A DNA stretch of 64,000 nucleotides from the NCBI GenBank assembly GCA_049967655.1, contig JBMFSH010000004.1, positions 57,193-121,192 on the forward strand, given 5' to 3'. Source of the stretch: Acidobacteriota bacterium. GTDB taxonomy: Bacteria > Acidobacteriota > UBA4820 > DSQY01. Every line of letters starts with the position of its first letter. The stretch's first letter is position 1. A program made the position numbers and the translations under genes. The notes under the pieces are model-generated. The model was not told where the DNA came from. It ran no database searches and saw only the letters and a list, made by a program, of their open reading frames with translations. This document shows, one piece after another, positions 38,337-47,094 of the stretch.

Positions 38337-39098
38337 TTACAGGTCCAATTCCAGCCCGTCGAACGCCGGCTCCGTTCCCTTCGGAAGCGACGCGGCCAGC
38401 TCCTCGTGCTCCAGCTCGTGGCCCATGTGGATCAGATAGGTCCGGCGCGGCCCGATCTCCTCCGCCGCCGTCAGGGCCTCCGCCACCGTCATGTGGGTGG
38501 GATGGTCGGGATGCCTACGCAGGGCGTTGATCACGAGCGTGTCCACGCCGCGCAGCGCCTCCACCGCCTCCCGAGGAATCCGCTTGCAGTCCGTGAGGTA
38601 GGCGAAGCCGTCGATTCGGTAGCCCGTCACGGGCATGCTGCCGTGGTCCGCCTCCACGGGGATGACGGTGAGGCCCGGAAGGTGCAAGGGACTTTCGAGC
38701 GGCCTCAGCTCCAGCCTTGGAACGCCCCCCCCCTTGGGCACCGGCTCGAAGGCGTACCAGAAGGTCCGCCTGACGCCCTCCAGGGTGGTCGGGCTTCCGT
38801 AGACGGGAAGGAAACTCTTCTGCCAGTAGGCATAGGGGCGGGTGTCGTCGAGGCCCAGAATGTGGTCAGCGTGGGCATGGGTGAGCAGGATGGCGTCGAG
38901 GCGCCGGATGCCGGAGCGAAGGGCCTGCTGCCGGAAATCCACGGCGGCGTCAATGAGCACCGAGAGCTCCCCCTGGCGAATCCAGATGGACTGCCGGAGC
39001 CTGTGGTTTCTGGGATCTCTCGACGCGCAGACGGGGCAGCGGCATCCCGCGACGGGCACCCCGACCGACGTTCCGGTACCGAGGAAGGTGACCTTCAT
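38337..39098 (-). CDS. MBL-fold metallo-hydrolase (PhnP-like)
   Basis: MKVTFLGTGTSVGVP...CRCPVC, THAHADHILGLDD, YLTD, HMGH. Confidence 0.92.
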   Translation of the reverse strand: MKVTFLGTGTSVGVPVAGCRCPVCASRDPRNHRLRQSIWIRQGELSVLIDAAVDFRQQALRSGIRRLDAILLTHAHADHILGLDDTRPYAYWQKSFLPVYGSPTTLEGVRRTFWYAFEPVPKGGGVPRLELRPLESPLHLPGLTVIPVEADHGSMPVTGYRIDGFAYLTDCKRIPREAVEALRGVDTLVINALRRHPDHPTHMTVAEALTAAEEIGPRRTYLIHMGHELEHEELAASLPKGTEPAFDGLELDL

Positions 39099-39169
39099 CC
39101 GGCCTCCAGGGCGGGATGGTACCACGCCCCACGGGGATCGCCCAAGAGGTAAGAGAGAACCTCTGTCAC

Positions 39170-39198
39170 TTGACATCTGACCGTCCAGGGGCTAACCT
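39170..39198 (+). promoter_or_regulatory. Sigma70 promoter positioned for a leaderless transcript
   Basis: TTGACA-17 bp-TAACCT, ending 7 nt before ATG 39206; no SD in between. Confidence 0.6.
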
Positions 39199-39205
39199 TG
39201 GCTCC

Positions 39206-39928
39206 ATGGAGAATGACCTCCTCTCCCTGTTCGAACGTGGACGCTGTGTCCTGGCGCGTGCCGACTATGGCTACGAGGTGGCGACTCCCGCCGGATGGTC
39301 CGAAGCCGACCTGGAAAGGACGGCCCTTCAAGCGGCGGTGGCCAAAGCATCGGCGGGCAAGGGCCTGCTGGTGAGGAACTCGGGGCTGTTGCTGGGCTGG
39401 AGCAAGACCCGTTCCGCCCACGAGCTGTGGGGCTCCCTGCGGGCTCTCGCCCGTCGCGGTCCCCTCCTCCTGCTGTGCAGGTTCCCCCGGCACGCCAAGG
39501 AGCTTCTCTCCCGGCTCAAGACGGCCGGTGTTCCTCCCGCTCTCTGGGAGACCCCGGCATCCGGAGCCGTTCCTCCGCTCTACCGCCGCCTGCCGCCGGG
39601 CTCCGAGCTCAGGCGCCTTCACCTGAGCTACGAGTGGGCCACCGGTCTGGCGGCGGCCCGGGGAGGAGTGGCCCTGCGGCGCGTGGCCTTTCTGGTAGCG
39701 GAGGCTGGACCGATGACGGTGCCCTCGTTGGCCAAGTCCCTGGGGATCACGACCGGGGCTGCCCGCTCCTACGCCCGCTGGATGGAGGAAGCGGCCCTCG
39801 TCAGGCGCTCGGGCAGCGCCCTGCACCTCCGACACCCTCTGCTCGCCGAACTCTTTCAGGAACCTGCACCCGCAGAGGCCAAGCCTGCGCCGAAGGAAAG
39901 GGCGTGGGACCCCATCGAGTTGGACTGA
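39206..39928 (+). CDS. Hypothetical protein with probable C-terminal winged helix-turn-helix
   Basis: 240 aa; MTVPSLAKSLGITTGAARSYARWMEEAALV resembles a wHTH. Confidence 0.65.
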   Translation: MENDLLSLFERGRCVLARADYGYEVATPAGWSEADLERTALQAAVAKASAGKGLLVRNSGLLLGWSKTRSAHELWGSLRALARRGPLLLLCRFPRHAKELLSRLKTAGVPPALWETPASGAVPPLYRRLPPGSELRRLHLSYEWATGLAAARGGVALRRVAFLVAEAGPMTVPSLAKSLGITTGAARSYARWMEEAALVRRSGSALHLRHPLLAELFQEPAPAEAKPAPKERAWDPIELD

Positions 39929-40005
39929 TGGCTCACTGCCTCTCCATACCGTTGGGTGCCGAGGTGACCTTCCACGTGGGTCCCCTTCTGCTTCCAGGAA
40001 GCACC

Positions 40006-40051
40006 TATTGTGCAATAACTCATTGACCTGCAAAGGATTTTTCGATAGGAT
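40006..40051 (+). promoter_or_regulatory. Sigma70 promoter of thpR-plsY-gpsA with upstream palindrome
   Basis: TTGACC-17 bp-TAGGAT at 40023-40051; TATTG-TG-CAATA dyad at 40006-40017. Confidence 0.6.
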
Positions 40052-40068
40052 CGGATGGGGCGAAGGCG

Positions 40069-40635
40069 ATGAGAGCATTTTGTGCGCTGGACATCCCGGA
40101 AGTGGCCAAGGGGAGGCTCACCGAATGGATCGCGGGGCTACGCCCGCTGGCCCGAGGCGTGAAGTGGGTCTCGCCGCAGGCCATGCACCTCACCCTGCAC
40201 TTCTTCGACGACCTGCCCGAGGAGAAGCTCGCCGCCGTCTCCGGCGCCTTGGGTGAAACGACGGGCCTGGCGAAACCCTTCACCTTCGCCCTCCGGGGGC
40301 TGGGCTCCTTCGGTCAGGCGGGCAAGATCCGCGTCCTCTGGTGCGGCGTGGAGGAGCCGTCCGGCGCTCTGGCCGAACTGCACCGGTCCGTGGAGAGCTC
40401 CCTGGCGGCGATGGGCTTCCCCGGCGAGTCCAGACCTTTTCATCCCCATCTCACCCTGGGGCGCCTCAGGGTGCCCTCATTCGAGCCGCGGCTCTCGGAG
40501 GAGCTGAGGCGATCGGCGGACAGCTCCGCCGGGGAGGTGGCGGTCCGGGAGGCGACCCTCTACCAGAGCACGCTCACCCCGGCCGGACCCGTCTACCGGG
40601 TCCTCGGCCGCTTTCCCCTGGGAGGCACGCCTTGA
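40069..40635 (+). CDS. thpR: RNA 2',3'-cyclic phosphodiesterase (2H phosphoesterase)
   Basis: Two HxT motifs (MHLTLHF, FHPHLTLGR) and QSTLTPAGPVY. Confidence 0.93.
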   Translation: MRAFCALDIPEVAKGRLTEWIAGLRPLARGVKWVSPQAMHLTLHFFDDLPEEKLAAVSGALGETTGLAKPFTFALRGLGSFGQAGKIRVLWCGVEEPSGALAELHRSVESSLAAMGFPGESRPFHPHLTLGRLRVPSFEPRLSEELRRSADSSAGEVAVREATLYQSTLTPAGPVYRVLGRFPLGGTP

Positions 40636-41258
40636 GCTTCCGAGATCTCCTGCTGGTCCTCCTCGCTTACTGCCTGGGTTCCATGCCTTTCGCGTACGTC
40701 ATCACCCGCTGGCGGACGGGGCGCGACATCCGGGAGATGGGCTCCGGCAACGCGGGAGCCACCAACGTGCTGCGCACGCAGGGCAAGCTCCTCGGCTTAC
40801 TCACGCTCCTCCTGGACGCTGGAAAGGCCGCCCTCTCCGTCTGGTTCTGCCGGAAGTGGGGGAGCGCCGAGTGGATGGGCGCGGCGGGGGGGGCGGCGGC
40901 GGTGGTGGGCCACTGCTTTCCCTTCTCGCTCCAGTTCCGGGGCGGCAAGGGCGTGGCCTCCGGCCTGGGGGCCTTCCTCTTCATCGCCCCCCTGCCCACC
41001 TTGCTGGCCCTGGCCGTCTTTCTTCTGGAGATCCTGACGATGCGCTTCGTCTCCCTCGGGTCCATCTTGGGGTCGCTCACCTTCGGGTTCTCCCTCCTGG
41101 CCCTCCACCTCATCAAGGGGTGGTACAGCCTGCCCACGGCCCTCCTGGGGCTGGGCACCGCACTCCTCCTGGTGGCCAGGCACCACCGCAACATCCGAAA
41201 CCTGATGAAGGGCAGCGAATCCACCCTGTGGGGCAAGGGCAAGGAGAAGAGACCTTGA
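40632..41258 (+). CDS. plsY: Glycerol-3-phosphate 1-O-acyltransferase
   Basis: GSGNAGATNVLR, GHCFP, FRGGKGVA, HHRNI; TTG start overlaps the thpR stop. Confidence 0.95.
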   Translation: MSFRDLLLVLLAYCLGSMPFAYVITRWRTGRDIREMGSGNAGATNVLRTQGKLLGLLTLLLDAGKAALSVWFCRKWGSAEWMGAAGGAAAVVGHCFPFSLQFRGGKGVASGLGAFLFIAPLPTLLALAVFLLEILTMRFVSLGSILGSLTFGFSLLALHLIKGWYSLPTALLGLGTALLLVARHHRNIRNLMKGSESTLWGKGKEKRP

Positions 41259-42262
41259 GGGCCGGCCGCATCGTCGTGTGGGGCGCGGGCGCCTGGGGCA
41301 CCGCCCTGGCCATCCACCTGGCCTCCCTCTGCGAGGAGGTGGCTCTCTGGGTGTACGAGGAGGAGCAGTTCGAGCGGATGCTCTCCTCCGGCGAGAATGT
41401 GGACTTTCTGCCGGGGCATCCTCTGCCCGCCAACCTTCATCTCTTTCATGAGACCACCAGCGTTCCCTGGCCCGCCCAGACCTGGCTCTCCGTCGCCCCG
41501 GCCCAGGCCACGCGCGCTCTCTGGAGAAGCATCGGCCCTCTCTGCCCACCCGGTGCCCTCGTGATCTCCGCTTCCAAGGGGATCGAGCAGAAGAGCCTCC
41601 TACCGGTCAGCGCCCTGATCGAAGAACTCCTCCCCGAATCCTGCAAGCCGGTGGTGGTGCTCTCCGGCCCCTCCTTCGCCGCGGGCCTGGCCGCGGGACA
41701 CCCGACCGCCGTAGTGCTCGCCTCACCCGATGCGGACCGGGCCGAGGCCGCGCAGCGCCTGGTCTCGCGGCCGCCCCTGAGGGGATACGCCAGCACCGAT
41801 CGCACCGGCGTGGAGCTGGGGGGCGCCCTCAAGAACGTCATCGCCTTGGCCTGCGGCATAGCGGTCGGGCTGGGGTTCGGACCCAACACGATCGCCGCCC
41901 TGATCACCCGGGGACAGCGCGAGATCACCCGCCTGGGCACGGCCATGGGAGCCGACCCCCAGACCTTCTCGGGGCTGTCGGGGGTGGGCGACCTGGTCCT
42001 CACGTGCACGGGTGCCGAGAGCCGCAACCGCACCGTGGGAGTGCGCCTGGGGCGGGGAGAGCCCCTGGACGCTATCTTGAAGTCCATGAAGACGGTGGCC
42101 GAGGGTGTTCCCACCACCCGGTCGGCGGCCGATCTCGCGCGCAGCAGGTCCGTGGAGATGCCCATCACCTTCGCCGTGGAGCAGATCCTGTTCGAGGGCT
42201 TGGCTCCGGCTAGGGCGCTCGCGGAGCTTCTGGCCCGGGGCCTCAAACACGAAATGGCCTGA
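41255..42262 (+). CDS. gpsA: NAD(P)H-dependent glycerol-3-phosphate dehydrogenase
   Basis: GAGAWGTALA, SKGIE, LSGPSFA, GGALKNVIA, GDLVLTC...SRN; TTG start. Confidence 0.96.
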   Translation: MRAGRIVVWGAGAWGTALAIHLASLCEEVALWVYEEEQFERMLSSGENVDFLPGHPLPANLHLFHETTSVPWPAQTWLSVAPAQATRALWRSIGPLCPPGALVISASKGIEQKSLLPVSALIEELLPESCKPVVVLSGPSFAAGLAAGHPTAVVLASPDADRAEAAQRLVSRPPLRGYASTDRTGVELGGALKNVIALACGIAVGLGFGPNTIAALITRGQREITRLGTAMGADPQTFSGLSGVGDLVLTCTGAESRNRTVGVRLGRGEPLDAILKSMKTVAEGVPTTRSAADLARSRSVEMPITFAVEQILFEGLAPARALAELLARGLKHEMA

Positions 42263-42296
42263 AGGCAGGCAACCGCGACACAACCGCACCACCAAT

Positions 42297-42325
42297 TTGA
42301 CAGGATGGGGAGGGTTTGATAGGCT
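42297..42325 (+). promoter_or_regulatory. Sigma70 promoter of the small lipoprotein gene
   Basis: TTGACA-17 bp-TAGGCT with TG extension. Confidence 0.6.
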
Positions 42326-42387
42326 CTTTGGGGAATCGGAAACCGTAGAGTTACGGAAGGGTCACCTTTCACTGTGGAGGAAAGCGT

Positions 42388-42660
42388 ATGAAGACCGCAA
42401 GCAAGATTCTCATGGGCCTGATGCTGGTTCTGAGCCTCGCCGCCTTCGTCTCTTGCCAGAAGACCGAAGCCCCGGCCGAGGCGCCCGCCCCCGCCGAGCA
42501 GCCCGCGCCCGCGCCGGCTCCCGAGGCCACCGCACCGGCCAATACGGCCGAGCAGCCCCAGGCCGCTCAGCCCGCGACCACCGAGCAGAAGCCTGAGGCC
42601 GCTCAGCCCGCCCCCGCCGAGCAGAAGCCTAAGGCTCCCCAGCCGGCCGCCGCCAAGTAG
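42388..42660 (+). CDS. Small Ala/Pro/Glu/Gln-rich lipoprotein
   Basis: GGAGG RBS; hydrophobic core with FVSC lipobox; low-complexity mature part; own promoter and terminator. Confidence 0.8.
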   Translation: MKTASKILMGLMLVLSLAAFVSCQKTEAPAEAPAPAEQPAPAPAPEATAPANTAEQPQAAQPATTEQKPEAAQPAPAEQKPKAPQPAAAK

Positions 42661-42681
42661 GGGCCGCGAAAACTCTTATTG

Positions 42682-42726
42682 GAAGAGGGGGAGCCGCCAT
42701 GGGCGCTCCCCCTCTTCGTTTTGTTT
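42682..42726 (+). terminator. Rho-independent terminator
   Basis: GAAGAGGGGGAGC...GCTCCCCCTCTTC followed by GTTTTGTTT. Confidence 0.8.
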
Positions 42727-42804
42727 GGGCCGCCATGGAAGGCGAGTTCCCAGTGGAGGGTGGAGCAACGATCCCGCCGCGGTTCTACCTGTCTGCGCAC
42801 CGAG

Positions 42805-43740
42805 CTACCGTCCGGGCGTCCCTTCTCCCAGGGCCTCCTGAAGCAGGGAGAGGTAGCTCTCGTAGCGGCGGGGGCTGACTCGGCCCGACTGGAGGCCCCC
42901 CTTCACGGCGCACCCCGGCTCGCGGGAGTGCTGGCAGTCGGGGAAGCGGCATCCGGCACCGGCCTCGTGGATTTCCGGGAAGGCCGCTTCCACCTCGCGC
43001 CAGCCCACCCCCCAGAGCGCGAACTCCCGAATACCCGCGGTATCCACGAGGATGGTGCCGTCCCCCAGCCGGTGGGCGATGGCGCTGGAGGTGGTGTGCC
43101 GCCCCTTGCCGGTGGCTTCGCGGACCTCTCCTACCTTCTCCTCCGCCCCCGGCACAACAGCGTTGACCAGGGTGGTCTTGCCCACCCCGGAGTGTCCCAC
43201 GAGGACCACCCACCGGCCCGCCACGGCGGAGAGGAAGGCGTCCAGATCGCGGCGGAGCTTGGCGGCCATGGGGAAAATCGGGTAGTTGAGCCTCCGGTAG
43301 GGCGCCAGGGTCTCATCCACGTCGGATTCCGAGAGGAGGTCCATCTTGTTCACGAGGATCGCCGCCTCGATTCCCTGGGACAGGGCCGCCACGAGATAAC
43401 GGTCGAGCAGGGCCGTGTTCAGAAGCGGATTGGGGGCGAGCATGACCGCCAGCACGTCCACGTTGGCCGCCACCACGTGTTCCGCCCCCGTGAAGGACAT
43501 GCGCCGGGAGAGCTTGCTCCTCCTGGGCAGGATGGACTCAATGAGGGCCGAACCGTCAGGCTGGAGCCTGAGCGTGACCCGGTCGCCCACCGCCACCCTG
43601 TTCTTGCGCCGGCCTTCACCCAACGCAAGGCGCCCGCCGGGGAAACCCCGCCTCACTTCGGCACCGACCCAGACCCAGTGCCACTTCCCCATGGTCTGGC
43701 AGACCTGGCCCTCCACTTGCAAACTCGGCCCTCCAGGCAT
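42805..43740 (-). CDS. rsgA: Ribosome small subunit-dependent GTPase A
   Basis: NKMD, GHSGVGKT, GKGRHTT, DTAG, CRFPDCQH.REPGC; start at ATG 43740 or TTG 43722. Confidence 0.95.
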   Translation of the reverse strand: MPGGPSLQVEGQVCQTMGKWHWVWVGAEVRRGFPGGRLALGEGRRKNRVAVGDRVTLRLQPDGSALIESILPRRSKLSRRMSFTGAEHVVAANVDVLAVMLAPNPLLNTALLDRYLVAALSQGIEAAILVNKMDLLSESDVDETLAPYRRLNYPIFPMAAKLRRDLDAFLSAVAGRWVVLVGHSGVGKTTLVNAVVPGAEEKVGEVREATGKGRHTTSSAIAHRLGDGTILVDTAGIREFALWGVGWREVEAAFPEIHEAGAGCRFPDCQHSREPGCAVKGGLQSGRVSPRRYESYLSLLQEALGEGTPGR

Positions 43741-43825
43741 TATAATTTGCCCCTCTTTTCCGGGGGGGCGACCGCGTATTTTAGCATGCCCGCGGGTAGA
43801 CGGCATCGCGTCCGAAGGGGGTTCC

Positions 43826-44680
43826 ATGTACCGAATCACCGGCAAGAAAGTGCTCGCCACCGGAGTGGTGGAGATGACCATCGAGGCCCCTCGCGTGGCC
43901 AAGGCCCACAAGCCCGGGCAGTTCCTGATGGTCATGAACCGGGAAGACAGCGAGCGGATCCCGCTCACCATCGCCGACTCCGATCCGGAGAAGGGCGAGG
44001 TCACCATCGTCTTCCTGGAGGTCGGCCGCTCCACGATCGAACTGGGAGAAGAGTTTCAGGTGGGAGAGGAGCTCTTCGCCGTCCTCGGCCCCCTGGGCAC
44101 GCCGACCCACATGGACAAGGTGGGGACGGTGGTGGTCATCGGCGGCGGCCTGGGGGTGGCGCCCATCTACCCCATCTGCAAGGGGCTGCGCGCCGCGGGC
44201 AACCGCGTGGTCACCATCATCGGCTACAGGCGCAAGGACCTGATGTTCTGGGACGACAAGCTTGGGTCGGCTTCCGACGAGCTGATCGTCACCACCGACG
44301 ACGGCTCCTTCGGCATGAAGGGGTTCGTGAGCGACGCCCTCAAGAAACTCCACGACGAGGGACGGCCCATGGACAGGGTGGTGGCCATCGGCCCGCCCAT
44401 CATGATGAGGGCCGTGGCGGAAATGACCCGGCCCTGGGGGGTGCCCACCACCGTCTCCCTGAACACCATCATGATCGACGGCACCGGCATGTGCGGTGGG
44501 TGCAGGGTGGGCATCGGGGACGAAACGAAGTTTGTCTGCGTGGACGGCCCCGATTTCGACGGCCACAAGGTCCACTGGGACGAGATGTTCGCCCGAATGA
44601 AGGTTTACCAGAAGGAGGAGCGGGAGGCCATCGCCTCAAGCCCTTCCTGCCGGCTCTATTTCGAAACGCTCAAGCGGTAG
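43826..44680 (+). CDS. NfnA/SudB-like flavoprotein-[2Fe-2S] subunit (ferredoxin:NADP+ oxidoreductase)
   Basis: ERIPLTIAD, GPLG, GGGLG, DGTGMCGGCRV...CVDGPDFD. Confidence 0.92.
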   Translation: MYRITGKKVLATGVVEMTIEAPRVAKAHKPGQFLMVMNREDSERIPLTIADSDPEKGEVTIVFLEVGRSTIELGEEFQVGEELFAVLGPLGTPTHMDKVGTVVVIGGGLGVAPIYPICKGLRAAGNRVVTIIGYRRKDLMFWDDKLGSASDELIVTTDDGSFGMKGFVSDALKKLHDEGRPMDRVVAIGPPIMMRAVAEMTRPWGVPTTVSLNTIMIDGTGMCGGCRVGIGDETKFVCVDGPDFDGHKVHWDEMFARMKVYQKEEREAIASSPSCRLYFETLKR

Positions 44681-44693
44681 GGGAGATGGATTC

Positions 44694-46178
44694 ATGAGCG
44701 AAACCGTTGACATCGCAGCCCTGGGCGGCGTGAAGGAGGGGGAGAAGAAGCGCCCCCGCTCCAAGGAGCCGCGCCTGGAGATCGCCTGCCAGAGCGTTGA
44801 GGCCCGCCTGAAGAACTACGACGAGGTGGCCCTGGGTTACTCGCCCGCCGAGGCCGTCGCCGAGGCCATGCGCTGCCTCGAGTGCCCCAAGCCGCGGTGC
44901 GTGGTGGCTTGTCCCGTCCATATCGACATCCCCACTTTCATCGGCCACATCTCGAGGGGCCACTTCGTGGAGGCCGCCGAGGACATCCGGAAGTACAACA
45001 ACCTGCCCGCCGTCTGCGGCCGTGTTTGCCCTCAGGAGAACCTCTGCGAGGCGGCCTGCATCATCAACGACACCAACCCGAAGAACCCCATCGCCATCGG
45101 TCGCCTCGAACGTTTTTCGGCGGATTGGCAGTTCGGCCATTCGGAGCGGCGGGCCGACTCGGTCTCCAAGGCACCGGCCACGGGCTACAAGGTGGCCGTC
45201 ATCGGTTCGGGCCCCGCCGGCCTCTCCTGCTCGGCGGACCTGGCCAAGATGGGTCACACGGTCCACCTCTTCGAAGCGCTGCACAAGGCCGGCGGCGTGC
45301 TCATGTACGGCATCCCCGAATTCCGCCTCCCGAAGGCCATCGTCCAGAAGGAGGTGGAGTACGTGCAGGCCCTGGGCGTCCAGCTGGAGTGCAACGTGGT
45401 GGTGGGGCGCACCATGCCGGTTCAGGAGGTGCTGGGCGAGTTCGACGCCCTCTTCGTGGCCTCCGGCGCGGGGTACCCCAACATGATGGGCATTCCCGGG
45501 GAGAACCTGAACGGCGTCTACTCGGCCAACGAGTTCCTCACCCGCGTGAACCTCATGAAGGCCTGGAAGCCGGGCGTGGGAACCCCCATCCGGAAGCCCC
45601 GCAGGGTGGTGGTCGTGGGGGCCGGCTTCACGGCTTTCGACGTGGTGCGCATCAGCCTTCGCCTGGGGGCCGAGGAGGCGAGGATCGTCTACCGGCGCAG
45701 CCGCGAGGAGATGCCAGGCCGGGGGGAGGAGATCGAGCACGCCCTGGAGGAGGGCGCCATCTTCACCCTTCTCACCAACCCCGTGCGCTACATCGGGGAC
45801 GACAACGGCTTCGTGAAAGCGGTGGAGGTGCAGAAGATGGAGCTCGGCGAGCCGGACTCCTCCGGGCGCCGTCGCCCCGTCCCCGTTCCGGATAGCAACT
45901 ACATCATCGAATGCGACACGGTCGTGGTCTCCATCGGCCAGACCCCCAACGTGCTCATCCCCTCCAATCTGCCGGGGCTAGCCACGCGCTGGGGCTCGGT
46001 CATCAAGGTCAACCGTGAGACCTACATGAGCACGGTGCCGAAGGTCTTCGCGGGAGGCGACGCCATCACCGGGGCGGCCACCGTGATCCTGGCCACGCGG
46101 GCGGGCAGGGAGGCCGCGCGTTCCATCGACCGTTACGTCCGCGACCCGAACCGCGGTTGGTACCCGCCGGCGGTCTGA
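44694..46178 (+). CDS. NfnB/SudA-like subunit (GltD-like NADPH oxidoreductase)
   Basis: RCLECPKPRCVVACPV, CGRVCPQENLCEAAC, GSGPAG, YGIPEFRLPK, AGGDAITGAATVILA. Confidence 0.92.
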   Translation: MSETVDIAALGGVKEGEKKRPRSKEPRLEIACQSVEARLKNYDEVALGYSPAEAVAEAMRCLECPKPRCVVACPVHIDIPTFIGHISRGHFVEAAEDIRKYNNLPAVCGRVCPQENLCEAACIINDTNPKNPIAIGRLERFSADWQFGHSERRADSVSKAPATGYKVAVIGSGPAGLSCSADLAKMGHTVHLFEALHKAGGVLMYGIPEFRLPKAIVQKEVEYVQALGVQLECNVVVGRTMPVQEVLGEFDALFVASGAGYPNMMGIPGENLNGVYSANEFLTRVNLMKAWKPGVGTPIRKPRRVVVVGAGFTAFDVVRISLRLGAEEARIVYRRSREEMPGRGEEIEHALEEGAIFTLLTNPVRYIGDDNGFVKAVEVQKMELGEPDSSGRRRPVPVPDSNYIIECDTVVVSIGQTPNVLIPSNLPGLATRWGSVIKVNRETYMSTVPKVFAGGDAITGAATVILATRAGREAARSIDRYVRDPNRGWYPPAV

Positions 46179-46191
46179 GAGAGGGGGAACC

Positions 46192-46977
46192 ATGGATCTG
46201 AAGAACGTGTTCGAGAGCTACCTGAACGCCCCCTACACCGAGAGCCTCGCCAAGGACTTCGAGGCGGCCGTCGCGGCCCTGGGCCAGGAGCCGCTTCCCG
46301 TGGGCAGCCTTCAGGAGGCCCTTCAAACCATCATTCCGGCCCGCGGACACATGGCCTTCGCACGGAAAGCGGGGCTTTTCCTCTCCGCCGTCCGCCGGCG
46401 CCTGCCCTCCGACCAAACCCTCGATCTCTCCGGGCTAGAGGAGGTGCTGCTCGACTGCGTGGGCGTCTTCGGCCGCAACTTCGATTTGACCGTCAAGGGG
46501 CACCTCGGCGCCTTCACCGGAGCCTACATGGAGTCCGGCGTCCTGACGGTGGAGGGCGACACGGGCGACCAGGCCGGCGCCGGGATGAAGGGTGGAACCC
46601 TCCACGTGAAGGGCCTGGCCGAGAACAACCTGGGCCATTCCATGGTGGGCGGCGAAATCCTGGTGGAGCGCAACGCCTACGACCTTATCGGGAACTCCAT
46701 GGTGGGCGGGCGCATCGTGGTCCGGGGCAACGCGGGCTACTCCGCAGGCTACCGCATGATGGGGGGCGTGATCGACATCCGGGACCTCACGTGGGATCAG
46801 GCCGGCGAAGAGATGGTGGGCGGGCGCATCCAGATCGGGGGCCACATCGGACGCGAGCTGGGGCTCGCCATGGCCGGCGGCGAACTGGCCCTCAACGAGA
46901 AGAACGAGGGCGCCCAGCGGACCAAGGCGAGCGGAGGCAAGCTGGTGATCCTCAAAAAGGGCAAGAAGACGGCTTAA
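46192..46977 (+). CDS. GXGXG beta-helix protein (FwdC / glutamate synthase C-terminal domain-like)
   Basis: Repeated 19-residue-period G..M.GG.I.V.G motifs after a ~90 aa N-terminal region. Confidence 0.8.
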   Translation: MDLKNVFESYLNAPYTESLAKDFEAAVAALGQEPLPVGSLQEALQTIIPARGHMAFARKAGLFLSAVRRRLPSDQTLDLSGLEEVLLDCVGVFGRNFDLTVKGHLGAFTGAYMESGVLTVEGDTGDQAGAGMKGGTLHVKGLAENNLGHSMVGGEILVERNAYDLIGNSMVGGRIVVRGNAGYSAGYRMMGGVIDIRDLTWDQAGEEMVGGRIQIGGHIGRELGLAMAGGELALNEKNEGAQRTKASGGKLVILKKGKKTA

Positions 46978-47003
46978 GGTCGGGAGAGCGTAAATTCCCC
47001 AGG

Positions 47004-47069
47004 GGGAGGACCGTCCGTTACCTCCGGGTCTCCGTCACCGACCGCTGCGACCTCCGGTGTAGTTACTGC
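47004..47069 (+). pseudogene. moaA: Fragment of GTP 3',8-cyclase MoaA (N-terminal radical SAM motif only)
   Basis: Translates GRTVRYLRVSVTDRCDLRCSYC; no nearby start codon; the frame stops at 47120 inside the convergent HIT gene. Confidence 0.7.
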
Positions 47070-47094
47070 CTCCACGCCTCCGCCAGGAGCTGGC

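Noticed and set aside
44694..46977. Complete glutamate synthase operon
   Set aside because: No amidotransferase or FMN-binding GltB domains nearby; the GltD-like gene pairs with an NfnA/SudB-type gene.
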